From a virus (taxonomy: Duplodnaviria > Caudoviricetes), in IMG/VR virus record IMGVR_UViG_3300042348_000335, positions 1 through 35,708 of that record: a stretch of 35,708 nt of DNA; one strand, 5' to 3'. Shown here one piece after another: positions 14,958-26,169 of the stretch. A program made the translations under genes and the position numbers. How positions within the stretch are numbered: position 1 is the first letter of the stretch; every line of letters starts with the position of its first letter. The notes below the pieces were generated by a model, which was not told the origin of the DNA, did no database searches, and was given only the letters and a program-made list of their open reading frames with translations.

Positions 14958-16779
14958 GAACGTTGCAAAGCGTAAGACTAAATCAATTGATGAGGTAGTC
15001 GCCCGTACCCTGCGTGATGCGGGATTCTCCGCAAAGCAGATCGGCGAGCAGATCAAGCGACTAGATGATCCAGATGCCGTCCGCGCAATTCTTATCGCCG
15101 CTGGTAAGGACAAGCGCCTTGACGCTGGAGAGTCCAAGCCAGTTGCCCCAAGCGGTCGCGAAGGCAAGGGTCAAGGCAAGGTGAAGAAGAAGGGCGGAAT
15201 GCGCAAGGCTACCGCCAAGGGCGATGCCACCCGCATCGGTCAGGTTGCCGTAAAGCGCGCTTGGTCGGCTGCCCGTAACGCTGCTGGCGAAGATCGCTGG
15301 CGAGTCATGACCAAGGAGCAGAAGACCGCCGAGACGCTCAAGCGACTTGGCTCAATGACGGGTGAGGAAGCCATTGGTGCAGTCCGTGCCCTTGGCACTC
15401 GTGTGCTGCCACTTGCTGGTAGCAATGATGAAGTTAACAAGATCATTGATGGATGGGCAAAGGGTCAGGGCGTACGCGCTCCGAAGACCGAGATGAAGAT
15501 TGCAGCCAAGGGGAAGGCTGAGGGCAAGGGCGGCAAGGAGATTGCACGCGCTGGTGGTAAGGGCGCTGAGGCTCCTGCTGGTCCAGAGAAGCCAGCACTT
15601 GGCAAGAAGGCACGCCGTATTGTGCGCCGCCGCACCCGACTTGATGAGATCCTCCGCACTGGAGAGGACGTAGATAGCCGAACTCGCCGACTAGCGCAGA
15701 AGCCACAGCCGCAGTCGCCATCCGACAAGGCTGAGCCGATGAAGGTTGAGGCGCTCCCAGAGGGGGTCAAGGATCGCCGCATCACGGTCAAGGGTAAGAA
15801 GTACGTTGCTCCAGTCAAGGGCGGGAAGGTGTACATCCAGACCGCAACGGGCACATGGCGTACGGTAACTATCAAGGAATACAAGGCTGCAATTGCCAGT
15901 GGCGAAGATCTTAGCCCACAGGCAAAGGTAAAGAAGCCTGCTTCAGTCAAGCAAGAGTTTGGTAAGAAGATGGAAGCCGTCTCTGCCACGGGCAAGGCGC
16001 TCAATGCCGAATACATCACGGAGTCTGCGGCGCAAGCATTCATTGATGCCAACCGCAAGATCTCTGAGAAGAACAAGATCGCTATTGGCAAAGGCACGCC
16101 TACCGACAAGTTGGCTCCTCGCTACACCGTTGCGCAGTTCGTAGAGGCTGCCTACCCAAATCTTGGGCAGGCTGAGCGATCATCCCTCATCAGCGGAATC
16201 CGACGTTCGTTCCGCAGCGAGCGCAAGGCACGAAAGGCTGCACGAGCAGACAAGGCTGGTACGGTAACCGTACTTCGCCCAGAGACCGTAGAGGAAGGTC
16301 GCAGGAAGGCAACCGCTAAGGACCGTCGTATTGCCAAGGGCAAGGCTGCCCCGCTTGAGAAAGTTAAGTTGGAGTCTAAGGCTGAGGGTCGCCGAAGGGG
16401 TCGTCGCGTCAAGACCGTTGGTCAGACCCTAAGCGCCGTTATGGATCCGAGCAAGCCAACGCCGTCGGCTGAATCTATGGAGGGAGCACCAAAGCGAGCG
16501 AAGCGCATCATTACCCCGAAGGTTCCAGGTAGCGAACTTGAGGCAGAGATTAGCAAACTTCGCGAGAGCCTCAGCCCAACTGAGAAGTCCACATTCCGAA
16601 AGATTAAGGAGACTGCCCGCGTAGGCTTCACTAAGCCACAGATCCAGAGCATGGCTAAGGCTGGCACGTTCGGAAAGGTTACCCCGAAGGTCAAGAAGAT
16701 TGCGAAGACGGCTGGCTATTTGTCCATCGTTGCGATGGCACTCAATGCAATCGGGCAGGGCAAAACGGGGAAGAAGTAA
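14950..16779 (+). CDS. Large Lys/Arg-rich protein with C-terminal hydrophobic helix
   Basis: GTG start overlapping the upstream stop; 25 K/R in the first 100 aa. Confidence 0.7.
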   Translation: MAKNVAKRKTKSIDEVVARTLRDAGFSAKQIGEQIKRLDDPDAVRAILIAAGKDKRLDAGESKPVAPSGREGKGQGKVKKKGGMRKATAKGDATRIGQVAVKRAWSAARNAAGEDRWRVMTKEQKTAETLKRLGSMTGEEAIGAVRALGTRVLPLAGSNDEVNKIIDGWAKGQGVRAPKTEMKIAAKGKAEGKGGKEIARAGGKGAEAPAGPEKPALGKKARRIVRRRTRLDEILRTGEDVDSRTRRLAQKPQPQSPSDKAEPMKVEALPEGVKDRRITVKGKKYVAPVKGGKVYIQTATGTWRTVTIKEYKAAIASGEDLSPQAKVKKPASVKQEFGKKMEAVSATGKALNAEYITESAAQAFIDANRKISEKNKIAIGKGTPTDKLAPRYTVAQFVEAAYPNLGQAERSSLISGIRRSFRSERKARKAARADKAGTVTVLRPETVEEGRRKATAKDRRIAKGKAAPLEKVKLESKAEGRRRGRRVKTVGQTLSAVMDPSKPTPSAESMEGAPKRAKRIITPKVPGSELEAEISKLRESLSPTEKSTFRKIKETARVGFTKPQIQSMAKAGTFGKVTPKVKKIAKTAGYLSIVAMALNAIGQGKTGKK

Positions 16780-18852
<2,073 letters not shown>

Positions 18853-18860
18853 GGTAAGAG

Positions 18861-19058
18861 ATGGAATTTGCTAGTGTTGAAATTTCGTGCGAAACCGAAG
18901 GGTGCCCAAATCAGGGTATCCCCGCAAATACTATTTTGCGATTAACTGAAGATGGACAACTACCGCACTATGTCTGCGGTGTGTGTCAGATTGATTTGAT
19001 CGCGGACCCAAGAGAAGTTTTAGAAGTAGTAGAGGAGATTAAAGATGCCACTGCTTAA
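18861..19058 (+). CDS. Small Cys4 protein following the tail fibre (possible fibre-associated chaperone)
   Basis: CETEGC...CGVC; GAGGT RBS. Confidence 0.65.
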   Translation: MEFASVEISCETEGCPNQGIPANTILRLTEDGQLPHYVCGVCQIDLIADPREVLEVVEEIKDATA

Positions 19059-19728
19059 GATTGTTACCCAAACCGATAGCATTGAGACTGGTAAGCCAGG
19101 AGTCCAGGACAACTGGATGGATGACTGCGCATGGGCAACACTTGCTTGTGCCGCCAACTACTTAACTGGATCTAAGATGACGAGCAAGGACGCAATTGCC
19201 GTTGGAGAAACTGTCGGTCGCCATGATCGTGATGGGTTCCCAGATCCAACGTCGCTTGCCCAGTTGGTGCTTGGTGCAAAGAAGGTTGGACTAGTTGCCC
19301 GATACGCTAAGTCATGGGACGACGTGCTCAAGGCACTCAAGGCTGGAGCAGTCATTGGAATCAACGTACAGCAGGCAAAGAACTATCCGCCAGTTACCAT
19401 GAGCGCGTGGCATCGTGCCCGTGAAAAGCGCAAGCCAAACCAGCCGTACGGTCACATGACCTGCGCGGCACTCTATGGTGCAAACCGTGCTCAATGGGCT
19501 GACCCTACGATGACTGGAAAGCGCAACGAGGAGTATGCCGTCGTTGTAACATTTGAGGAACTGAAGCAGATTGCCTCGTCCAAGGGCGATGCCCCACATA
19601 AGCGTTGCCTGATCTTCACTAAAAAGCCCGTAGTGCCACCTAAGAAGCCCGTACAGCCCAAGAAAGTGGTAAGTAAGGTCAACACCCTACTATCCCAAGT
19701 TCGCAAGGCTGTGACCCGCAATGTCTGA
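19045..19728 (+). CDS. Papain-fold cysteine peptidase (C39-like), probable endolysin
   Basis: Q...DDCAWA, YGHMT and WADP give a Cys-His-Asp triad; basic Pro/Lys C-terminal tail. Confidence 0.7.
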   Translation: MPLLKIVTQTDSIETGKPGVQDNWMDDCAWATLACAANYLTGSKMTSKDAIAVGETVGRHDRDGFPDPTSLAQLVLGAKKVGLVARYAKSWDDVLKALKAGAVIGINVQQAKNYPPVTMSAWHRAREKRKPNQPYGHMTCAALYGANRAQWADPTMTGKRNEEYAVVVTFEELKQIASSKGDAPHKRCLIFTKKPVVPPKKPVQPKKVVSKVNTLLSQVRKAVTRNV

Positions 19729-20212
19729 ACTAGCCCCGATGCTGACAGGCTGCCATGCCTGCCGCTCGCCGCTCGTAGAATCCATCAATAAGAAGATTAA
19801 GGAAGGCGTTCCTGATCTTCGGGTCTCCGAATGGCTGAAGGAACAGGGCGCATACATCAGCCGTGTAACAATTGGGCGGCATAAGCGCGAGCATCTGATT
19901 GAGAAGCACGAGAAGATGCGCAAGGAGGCAGCGGAGGTTCTCCGTCGCCAGCAGAAGACCATCAAATCTGACGGCGATTTGGCTTTGCTGGTACGAAACC
20001 AAGTAAACCTCATGCTAGAAGATGGTATACTTATGCCCACGCTGGCTGAGGGTCTGCGCGCGCAAGAGATCATTGACCGACGGAATGAAAAGTCAACTGA
20101 TCGCGACCTCACCATCATGTTGGCGCAGGTACTTGGTGGCGTTGCAGTTATTGAAGGAACTGCACATGAAGTAAATATGGAGATTACTGATGGCAAAACT
20201 GACACAGTTTGA
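19721..20212 (+). CDS. terS: Probable terminase small subunit
   Basis: CHAC...HTH-like...RHKREHL Zn/HTH N-domain plus helical oligomerisation region; upstream of terL. Confidence 0.55.
   Translation: MSELAPMLTGCHACRSPLVESINKKIKEGVPDLRVSEWLKEQGAYISRVTIGRHKREHLIEKHEKMRKEAAEVLRRQQKTIKSDGDLALLVRNQVNLMLEDGILMPTLAEGLRAQEIIDRRNEKSTDRDLTIMLAQVLGGVAVIEGTAHEVNMEITDGKTDTV
20023..20031 (+). promoter_or_regulatory. Candidate extended -10 (TGGTATACT) inside terS
   Basis: TGnTATACT about 160 bp upstream of the basic-protein cluster. Confidence 0.35.
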
Positions 20213-20795
20213 GAAAACTACTCGTAACCTAGACCGATTGGATAGGAATCGGGAGGAACTTAAGCGCGCAATTGCCGCACGCCGTAGGGCAAAGAAAGTT
20301 GGCAATGAGGCTGGAGTTCTTATTGCCAAGGCTCGCAAGGCTAAGGTAAAGAAGGCTAAGTTGACTTCTATTGCGCAAGAAGCAAACTTTGCTGCCAATG
20401 AGGAACGCGCTAGGGCGCGAAACCTAACAAAGTATCTTGCATACGATACAGGAATGTATACAACCGATAAGGATGGTAAGAAGCGTTACTTTAAGAAGAA
20501 GGCTCTTAAGAATCAGGCTCTCAAGAAGGCTGAGGGGAAAAAGACAAATCCAATCTTTGATACAATCCAAAAGTCTAATAGGTATGCAGTGATCAATGCG
20601 GAAGCGTCAAAGGCTGCCGCACGACAGTCTGGTGGCACTGCCACTGGGATTAAGCGAACTGCAGAGGCTGCAATTGGTCGCATTGCGACTGGCAAGGCTC
20701 TGAAGGGTATGGCACGCGCAGGTGGCGTGCTTGGTATTGCGGCACTGTTTAATGCAGCCCTAAAGGGCAACGATAGTAAGAAGAAGAGAGGGTAA
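20190..20795 (+). CDS. Lys/Arg-rich protein with C-terminal hydrophobic helix
   Basis: GGAG RBS; composition. Confidence 0.7.
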   Translation: MAKLTQFEKTTRNLDRLDRNREELKRAIAARRRAKKVGNEAGVLIAKARKAKVKKAKLTSIAQEANFAANEERARARNLTKYLAYDTGMYTTDKDGKKRYFKKKALKNQALKKAEGKKTNPIFDTIQKSNRYAVINAEASKAAARQSGGTATGIKRTAEAAIGRIATGKALKGMARAGGVLGIAALFNAALKGNDSKKKRG

Positions 20796-20797
20796 TT

Positions 20798-21388
20798 ATG
20801 GCTCCACGAAAGACTCCAATGCGCACAAAGAAGAAGCAACAGAACAACGGTGGCGTTAATCCATTGCTCGTAGCACTCGGCGCAGGCGCTGGTGCGGCTG
20901 CTGGTCGCAGCGCAACTGGCGCTCTTGCAAGGCGTAACGTTACAAATCGTGCCGCACGTATGGCAGAGATTGAAATGGAAATGATGGGTCCTCGCGGGCG
21001 AAGCGCAGAGCAGATTTCTCGCGAAGCCGCTGGTACGGTTGCAGACCGAGAGTACACAAAGATGCCACGAGCGAACGCTCAGAAACTTGCAAACTATCGC
21101 GGCATGCTTGCAAACAAGACTGGCGAGCCAGGAGAGATTGGGCGTGCCCGACGCAATGCTGGAATCTCCAAGAAGGACACCGACAAGTATTACAACAAGT
21201 CGGAAGCCCGAATGCGTATTGCCGATGGTAAGCGCCGCGCCGATGGTGGTCAGTCTCTGATTGAAGAGGCATCCTTCCTCCGAGGGCAGCGTAAGATTGG
21301 TCGCAACACCCGCCGTGGTGCTGCTGGCGGTGCTGCACTTGCAGCCCTTGCTCAGTTGGTTCTAGCGGAGATTAACAAGAAGAAGTAA
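20798..21388 (+). CDS. Arg/Gly-rich protein with two hydrophobic segments
   Basis: GAGGG RBS; LLVALGAGAGAAAG and AAGGAALAALAQLVLA. Confidence 0.7.
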   Translation: MAPRKTPMRTKKKQQNNGGVNPLLVALGAGAGAAAGRSATGALARRNVTNRAARMAEIEMEMMGPRGRSAEQISREAAGTVADREYTKMPRANAQKLANYRGMLANKTGEPGEIGRARRNAGISKKDTDKYYNKSEARMRIADGKRRADGGQSLIEEASFLRGQRKIGRNTRRGAAGGAALAALAQLVLAEINKKK

Positions 21389-21404
21389 TTTCCCTGGAGG
21401 GAAC

Positions 21405-21845
21405 ATGACAAAGAGGGAACTGGCTCAGGCGTATATCGCCAAAGCCCTCCCGTTGCTTAATCTTAAGCAGTGGGATGTAAAGGTTTCAGAGTCTTTGCCG
21501 CCAGACGATGCGTACGCAGACATTGAGGTTTCCGAAAACCTCTGGTCTGCGACCATCCGTCTTTCGGAGGATTTCTGGAAAGAGAAACCAGACAGCCAAC
21601 GCCGTATTATTGCGCATGAACTTATTCATGTACACTATGCGGGTGTTGAGCGTTTGCTCAATACGATTGAATCGTCAGTCGGAAGTATGGTCTTTGACAT
21701 TCTAAACAGTGTCTGGGATACCGAGACGGAGCGTGGGGCAGACTCGTTGTCTACTCCGTTGGCAAAGGTGCTGCCGCTCCCTGATTTTAGAGAGGTGCAA
21801 GATGGCGGGCAAGAAGCCAGCAAAACTCGCAAGCGCAAAGCCTAA
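21405..21845 (+). CDS. Zincin-like metallopeptidase (HExxH)
   Basis: IIAHELIHVHY plus downstream ETERGAD as candidate third ligand; GGAGGG RBS. Confidence 0.7.
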   Translation: MTKRELAQAYIAKALPLLNLKQWDVKVSESLPPDDAYADIEVSENLWSATIRLSEDFWKEKPDSQRRIIAHELIHVHYAGVERLLNTIESSVGSMVFDILNSVWDTETERGADSLSTPLAKVLPLPDFREVQDGGQEASKTRKRKA

Positions 21846-21996
21846 CCCAACGTTCTGGACTCCTAAGCAGTGCGCTGAGTGCGGCACGATTATTGCCACG
21901 ATGAAGGACGCTGACCGCGTGCTTGTTAAGAACTTCGTGGGAGCCAAGGCAAACACAGGGTTCATTTGGAAGCACAAAGCAGGTAAGTGCGCCTAA
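21802..21996 (+). CDS. Small basic Zn-binding protein
   Basis: GAGGTG RBS; CAEC...HKAGKC. Confidence 0.6.
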   Translation: MAGKKPAKLASAKPNPTFWTPKQCAECGTIIATMKDADRVLVKNFVGAKANTGFIWKHKAGKCA

Positions 21997-22391
21997 TGGC
22001 ATACACTAAGCCTAGCCTTCGGGAGTCCATTAAGAACCGTATCCTTGCTGGTAGCAAGGGCGGCAAACCTGGGCAGTGGTCTGCGCGCAAGGCACAGTTA
22101 CTTGCAGCAGAGTACGAGAAGGCGGGCGGTGGCTATTCTGGCAGTAAGACAAAAGCCCAGAAGTCCCTTTCTAAGTGGACGGGAGAGAAATGGGGAACAA
22201 AGTCTGGTAAGCCTAGTACTCAGGGAGAGTCCGCTACTGGCGAACGTTATTTGCCAGCAAAGGCTCGTGCTGCCCTGAGCGCCAAGGAGTATGCCGCTAC
22301 CTCAGCCAAGAAGCGAGAGGATACGAAGAAGGGGAAGCAATTCTCCAAGCAGCCAAAGAGCATTGCAAAGCGCACATCGCGATACAGATAG
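21996..22391 (+). CDS. Basic protein, DUF5872-like
   Basis: YTKPSLRE.IK...GSKGGKPGQWSARKAQ...YEKAGGGY...ERYLP signature. Confidence 0.8.
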   Translation: MAYTKPSLRESIKNRILAGSKGGKPGQWSARKAQLLAAEYEKAGGGYSGSKTKAQKSLSKWTGEKWGTKSGKPSTQGESATGERYLPAKARAALSAKEYAATSAKKREDTKKGKQFSKQPKSIAKRTSRYR

Positions 22392-22398
22392 GAGAGTT

Positions 22399-22695
22399 AT
22401 GACAACACCAGCATGGACACGTAAGGAAGGTAAGAATCCCAAGGGAGGACTGAACGCCAAGGGTCGTGCATCGTACAAAGGCGGCACACTCCGACCTCCA
22501 GTCAAGAGTGGCGACAACCCGCGCCGAGCCTCGTTCCTTGCCCGCATGGGCGGGATGCCAGGTCCAGAGCGCGATGAGAAGGGTCGTCCAACGCGGCTAC
22601 TCCTTAGTCTTCAGGCTTGGGGCGCAAGCAGCAAGGCGGACGCGAAGCGAAAGGCTGCGGCAATCAGCGCACGTCTAAAGTCAAAGCGTGCCTAA
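22399..22695 (+). CDS. Basic protein, DUF6321-like
   Basis: PAWTRKEGKNPKGGLNAKGRASY...RRASFLARM...SLQAWG; AGGAG RBS. Confidence 0.75.
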   Translation: MTTPAWTRKEGKNPKGGLNAKGRASYKGGTLRPPVKSGDNPRRASFLARMGGMPGPERDEKGRPTRLLLSLQAWGASSKADAKRKAAAISARLKSKRA

Positions 22696-24172
22696 TCTCC
22701 TAGAGGATCTCCAGACTGGGCGGACAGACCCAGTGTTCTTTGCCACGCGATTCCTAGGCGTGGAGATGAACCCAGGTCAGCAGAAGTGGGCGCGAGCCTG
22801 CGTTGAGCGCGCTGAGAATGGCTGGTCACCTAAGTACTTGACGACGGTGGTGTCGGCTGGTAACCGTGCTGGCAAGACTCTTGCCATGGCACTAATGGTG
22901 TTCCACTCGGCTTTCTATAAGTTGGGGATTAAACCTCCAGCCCCAGCAGATCCAGAGGACGCGATGCGCTGGCTCAAAGAACCCTACGAGTGGTATCACA
23001 TTGGCATCCAGCAGGAAACGGCGGAACTCGTCTTTCGTGAGTTGTCCATGATTTGTCAAGGCATTCACCCTGCGCAGAAGGGGCGAAAGGCTCCGCTCTT
23101 TGTAGAGATGGGGAAGATCGCTACCTTTGATAAGAAGTATCGCGGCGAGTATCTGTGGTTTCAGTTCAATAAGGCTGTCGGCGGTGGCAGTATCCACTTT
23201 AGAACCACGCAGGATAAAGCGAAAGCGTTGCTTGGAAAAGACATGAATGGCATTTCGTTTGACGAGGCTGCGTTTGATCCGTATCTTATGACCATCTACC
23301 AAGAGGTCCTTAACCTCCGCCGCCTCTCCACTGGCGGGCAACTCCACTTTATCTCCACTCCCACCGAGGGTATCAACGATTACGCTGACCTCTGGGAACT
23401 GGGCAATACGGAGAACCCAATGCGAGATGAGCAGTTTATGTCCTTCCGTATGTCCACTAGGGACAACATCGGATACGGGCTGTCGCAAGAGAACTTTGAC
23501 TCTATCATCCGCCAGCAGGTTGAATACCTTGTACCCCAGAACATTGACGGGTACTTCATTGAGGCTCGTGAGGCATACTTCCATGCCCAGTCTATTGAGA
23601 AGGCGTTCAACCCTGACCTTGAGGACGAAGAGGAGCCTGTGAAGGGTCACCGCTACGTGCAGGGCTGCGATCCTGCTATATCGTCGGATGCCACGTGGTC
23701 CATCGTCCTTGATTATTCCGACAAAAACAAGATCCGAGGGGTTCGCGCTAGGAAGCGGTCTGGTCGCCAAACTCTTATAAACCTCGTAAATATGCTTAGG
23801 GAAAGCCATCTGTTGTATAATCAAGGGGCACAGTGTACCACAATTCTAGATAGTACTGGATTTGGTGGTAAAATGTTTATGCAAGAACTAAGTATTATTA
23901 AACCGCTTCGTCAAGTAGACTTCTCTGGAACTAGGGCTAAGAAACTTGAGATCCTATCAGACCTCAAGGCTATCCTAGACAAGGAGATGGTGGTATTCCC
24001 CAAGAAGGGGATCTGGCTAGAACTGCGGAGGCAACTCTTGGGCTACAAACTAGATGACCGAAAACTGGAGACTGACGCAGTTATGGCTCTCGCTGTGGCT
24101 ATCCGACACGCAGCACGTTCGGCAGGGGAAACGGTTAAGGATGCTGACTTCAACTTCTTTGGTGTCGCGTAA
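22688..24172 (+). CDS. terL: Terminase large subunit
   Basis: Walker A AGNRAGKT, Walker B ISFDEAA, coupling motif ISTP, nuclease GCDPA...DSTGFGG...DAVMA. Confidence 0.93.
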   Translation: MPNLLEDLQTGRTDPVFFATRFLGVEMNPGQQKWARACVERAENGWSPKYLTTVVSAGNRAGKTLAMALMVFHSAFYKLGIKPPAPADPEDAMRWLKEPYEWYHIGIQQETAELVFRELSMICQGIHPAQKGRKAPLFVEMGKIATFDKKYRGEYLWFQFNKAVGGGSIHFRTTQDKAKALLGKDMNGISFDEAAFDPYLMTIYQEVLNLRRLSTGGQLHFISTPTEGINDYADLWELGNTENPMRDEQFMSFRMSTRDNIGYGLSQENFDSIIRQQVEYLVPQNIDGYFIEAREAYFHAQSIEKAFNPDLEDEEEPVKGHRYVQGCDPAISSDATWSIVLDYSDKNKIRGVRARKRSGRQTLINLVNMLRESHLLYNQGAQCTTILDSTGFGGKMFMQELSIIKPLRQVDFSGTRAKKLEILSDLKAILDKEMVVFPKKGIWLELRRQLLGYKLDDRKLETDAVMALAVAIRHAARSAGETVKDADFNFFGVA

Positions 24173-26169
24173 TGGCTAAGCGTAACGCCGCTCCAATCCC
24201 ATCGCTGCAGACCAATGACCCACAGGTCATTGACATGGCGCAGAAGGGTGCGAAACTTGTTAGCACTATTGCTGGTCGTGGCAACCGATTCATGGGCAGC
24301 ACCGTCCTTGCAGACGAAGCCAAGAAGGTAATCAAAAACGCAGAGATGACGGGCGGTCAGGAAGCCGCCAAGAAACTGACCGAGATCCTTGAGCGCAAGG
24401 CAAGCGTTGACTCAGAGAATGCCCGACGACGACAACTGTTCCGCCGCTTTGATAATCTGTTCCATGCGAGGACGATCACTGTCGGCGGTGCAGACCACTG
24501 GGCAGAAGATCCATCGGCTCGCCTTGGCGGTCGCGCACACGTTTCCGTCAACGTACATCCATCCTACGTATCCATCCCTGCATCGCTGCAGGCTGTACGA
24601 CCAGTCATCAACTATCTGCCATCTGGATCTGAGCGCGAGGATCGCGAAGAGGCTGCTGCTCGTGAACGTATCTTCTTCCGCTGGTGGGAAGAGGCAGACA
24701 TGGATATCGTCATGGAAGACGCTGCGCTCTACAAGGCGCTCTACGGCGACACCGCCGCAAAAGTCACCTACGATGAGAAGGATGGTATTCCTCGCGTAGA
24801 AGTTATCTCTGCCCCAGAGAACCTGTACATGGGATACGGCACGTCGGACTTTACCCGCGTTGACTGGGCGCTGTACCACTACGGTCTCAGCCCACAAGCC
24901 GTCATGGACGAGTTTGGTGTTGATGTCGTGCCAATGAAGATGGGCAACGAGTACTTCCCATTTGTCTACACTGGCACACACGCAGACCCACTGGTCACCG
25001 CCTTTGCGTCACAGGCTGAGCGCACCGTTGATCGCCGAGACACGGCGTATGAGCGCATGCAGGTCAGCGTCTACGACTACTGGTACAAGAAGGTTGAGAA
25101 CGGCGAACTCAAGACCTACAACTGTGTCTTTGTCGGAAACCAACTCGTCAAGGAAAAGGAGCATCCAGAGTACGCTGGAGAACTCCCATATATCCCACTC
25201 ATCAACTCACGCATTCCTGGGTCGCCATACGGTAAGCCAGAACTCTACGACGTTGAGCAGTTGCTCCGCGAGAAGGACGAGCGCATTACGAATGCCGCCC
25301 AGTTCATCCACCAGATCGTTGGTGGTCAGATGTTCCAGTTGGTTGGTCAGGATGCGCCAGAGGAAGTCCCATCCAACGCAATCCCCAAACCAGGAAAGAT
25401 TGCTGCTCCTGGCGCTGGAAACCGCATTGAGCCAATCCAGCCGTTTGTTCCGAACATTCAGATTGAGCAGTACAACCAGCGCATTGACCGCGAACTTGCG
25501 GTAGTCTCTGGTCTCAACGATCTGCTCCTCGGTATCGCCCCGTCAAGCGTGCTCGGTTCTAGCCGAGCAATCGCTTCGCTTGTTGCAAACTACGAGCAGC
25601 GCATCGCCCCTAAGCGCAAGTTGTTCTACAACTGGATCAAGAAGGTGTGGAAGATGGCGGCACAGATCTGGTCATACAATGACGATACTGTGGCTTTGGT
25701 TATTAACGGGCAGTACCGTATTGAAGTCGTCCCACCTGAGTTGACCCCTCGCGATACGCTTGAACTTGCAAACACCGCAATCAGCCTTGTGCAGAACCGC
25801 ATCTGGTCGGCGGAGCGCGCAATGGATCGCGTCGGCGTGGATGATCCTCAGAACGAGAAGGACATCATCCGCGACGAGCAGACAGATGCTACAATTAACC
25901 CAGCGGCTGTTGCAACGATGGCAAGTGTGGTTGGATCGTTCCGACAACTTGGCTTACAGGCTCCGCAGGGTATTGGTGAGCCTGGGTCGCCACTTGATCA
26001 GCAGGCTGCAATGGAGCAGATGCGTGGGCAGAATCCTCCACCACAGGGTAGCAACTCAATGAACGATCAGGGTCTGATCCCTCCAGCAGCGGCAGAGGCG
26101 ATGCCAGAGAATGGCGCTGAGGTTGCACAGACCCCTGAGCAACTGATGATGCAGCAAGGCGGTATGTAA
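24172..26169 (+). CDS. Portal protein
   Basis: Directly follows terL; 665 aa; PYIP...PGSPYGKPEL and IWSAERAMDRVGVDDPQNE motifs; Gln/Pro/Met-rich tail. Confidence 0.85.
   Translation: MAKRNAAPIPSLQTNDPQVIDMAQKGAKLVSTIAGRGNRFMGSTVLADEAKKVIKNAEMTGGQEAAKKLTEILERKASVDSENARRRQLFRRFDNLFHARTITVGGADHWAEDPSARLGGRAHVSVNVHPSYVSIPASLQAVRPVINYLPSGSEREDREEAAARERIFFRWWEEADMDIVMEDAALYKALYGDTAAKVTYDEKDGIPRVEVISAPENLYMGYGTSDFTRVDWALYHYGLSPQAVMDEFGVDVVPMKMGNEYFPFVYTGTHADPLVTAFASQAERTVDRRDTAYERMQVSVYDYWYKKVENGELKTYNCVFVGNQLVKEKEHPEYAGELPYIPLINSRIPGSPYGKPELYDVEQLLREKDERITNAAQFIHQIVGGQMFQLVGQDAPEEVPSNAIPKPGKIAAPGAGNRIEPIQPFVPNIQIEQYNQRIDRELAVVSGLNDLLLGIAPSSVLGSSRAIASLVANYEQRIAPKRKLFYNWIKKVWKMAAQIWSYNDDTVALVINGQYRIEVVPPELTPRDTLELANTAISLVQNRIWSAERAMDRVGVDDPQNEKDIIRDEQTDATINPAAVATMASVVGSFRQLGLQAPQGIGEPGSPLDQQAAMEQMRGQNPPPQGSNSMNDQGLIPPAAAEAMPENGAEVAQTPEQLMMQQGGM

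Noticed and set aside
22892-23824. 310-aa antisense ORF within terL
   Set aside because: Shadow of the coding strand's codon bias; no motif and no RBS.
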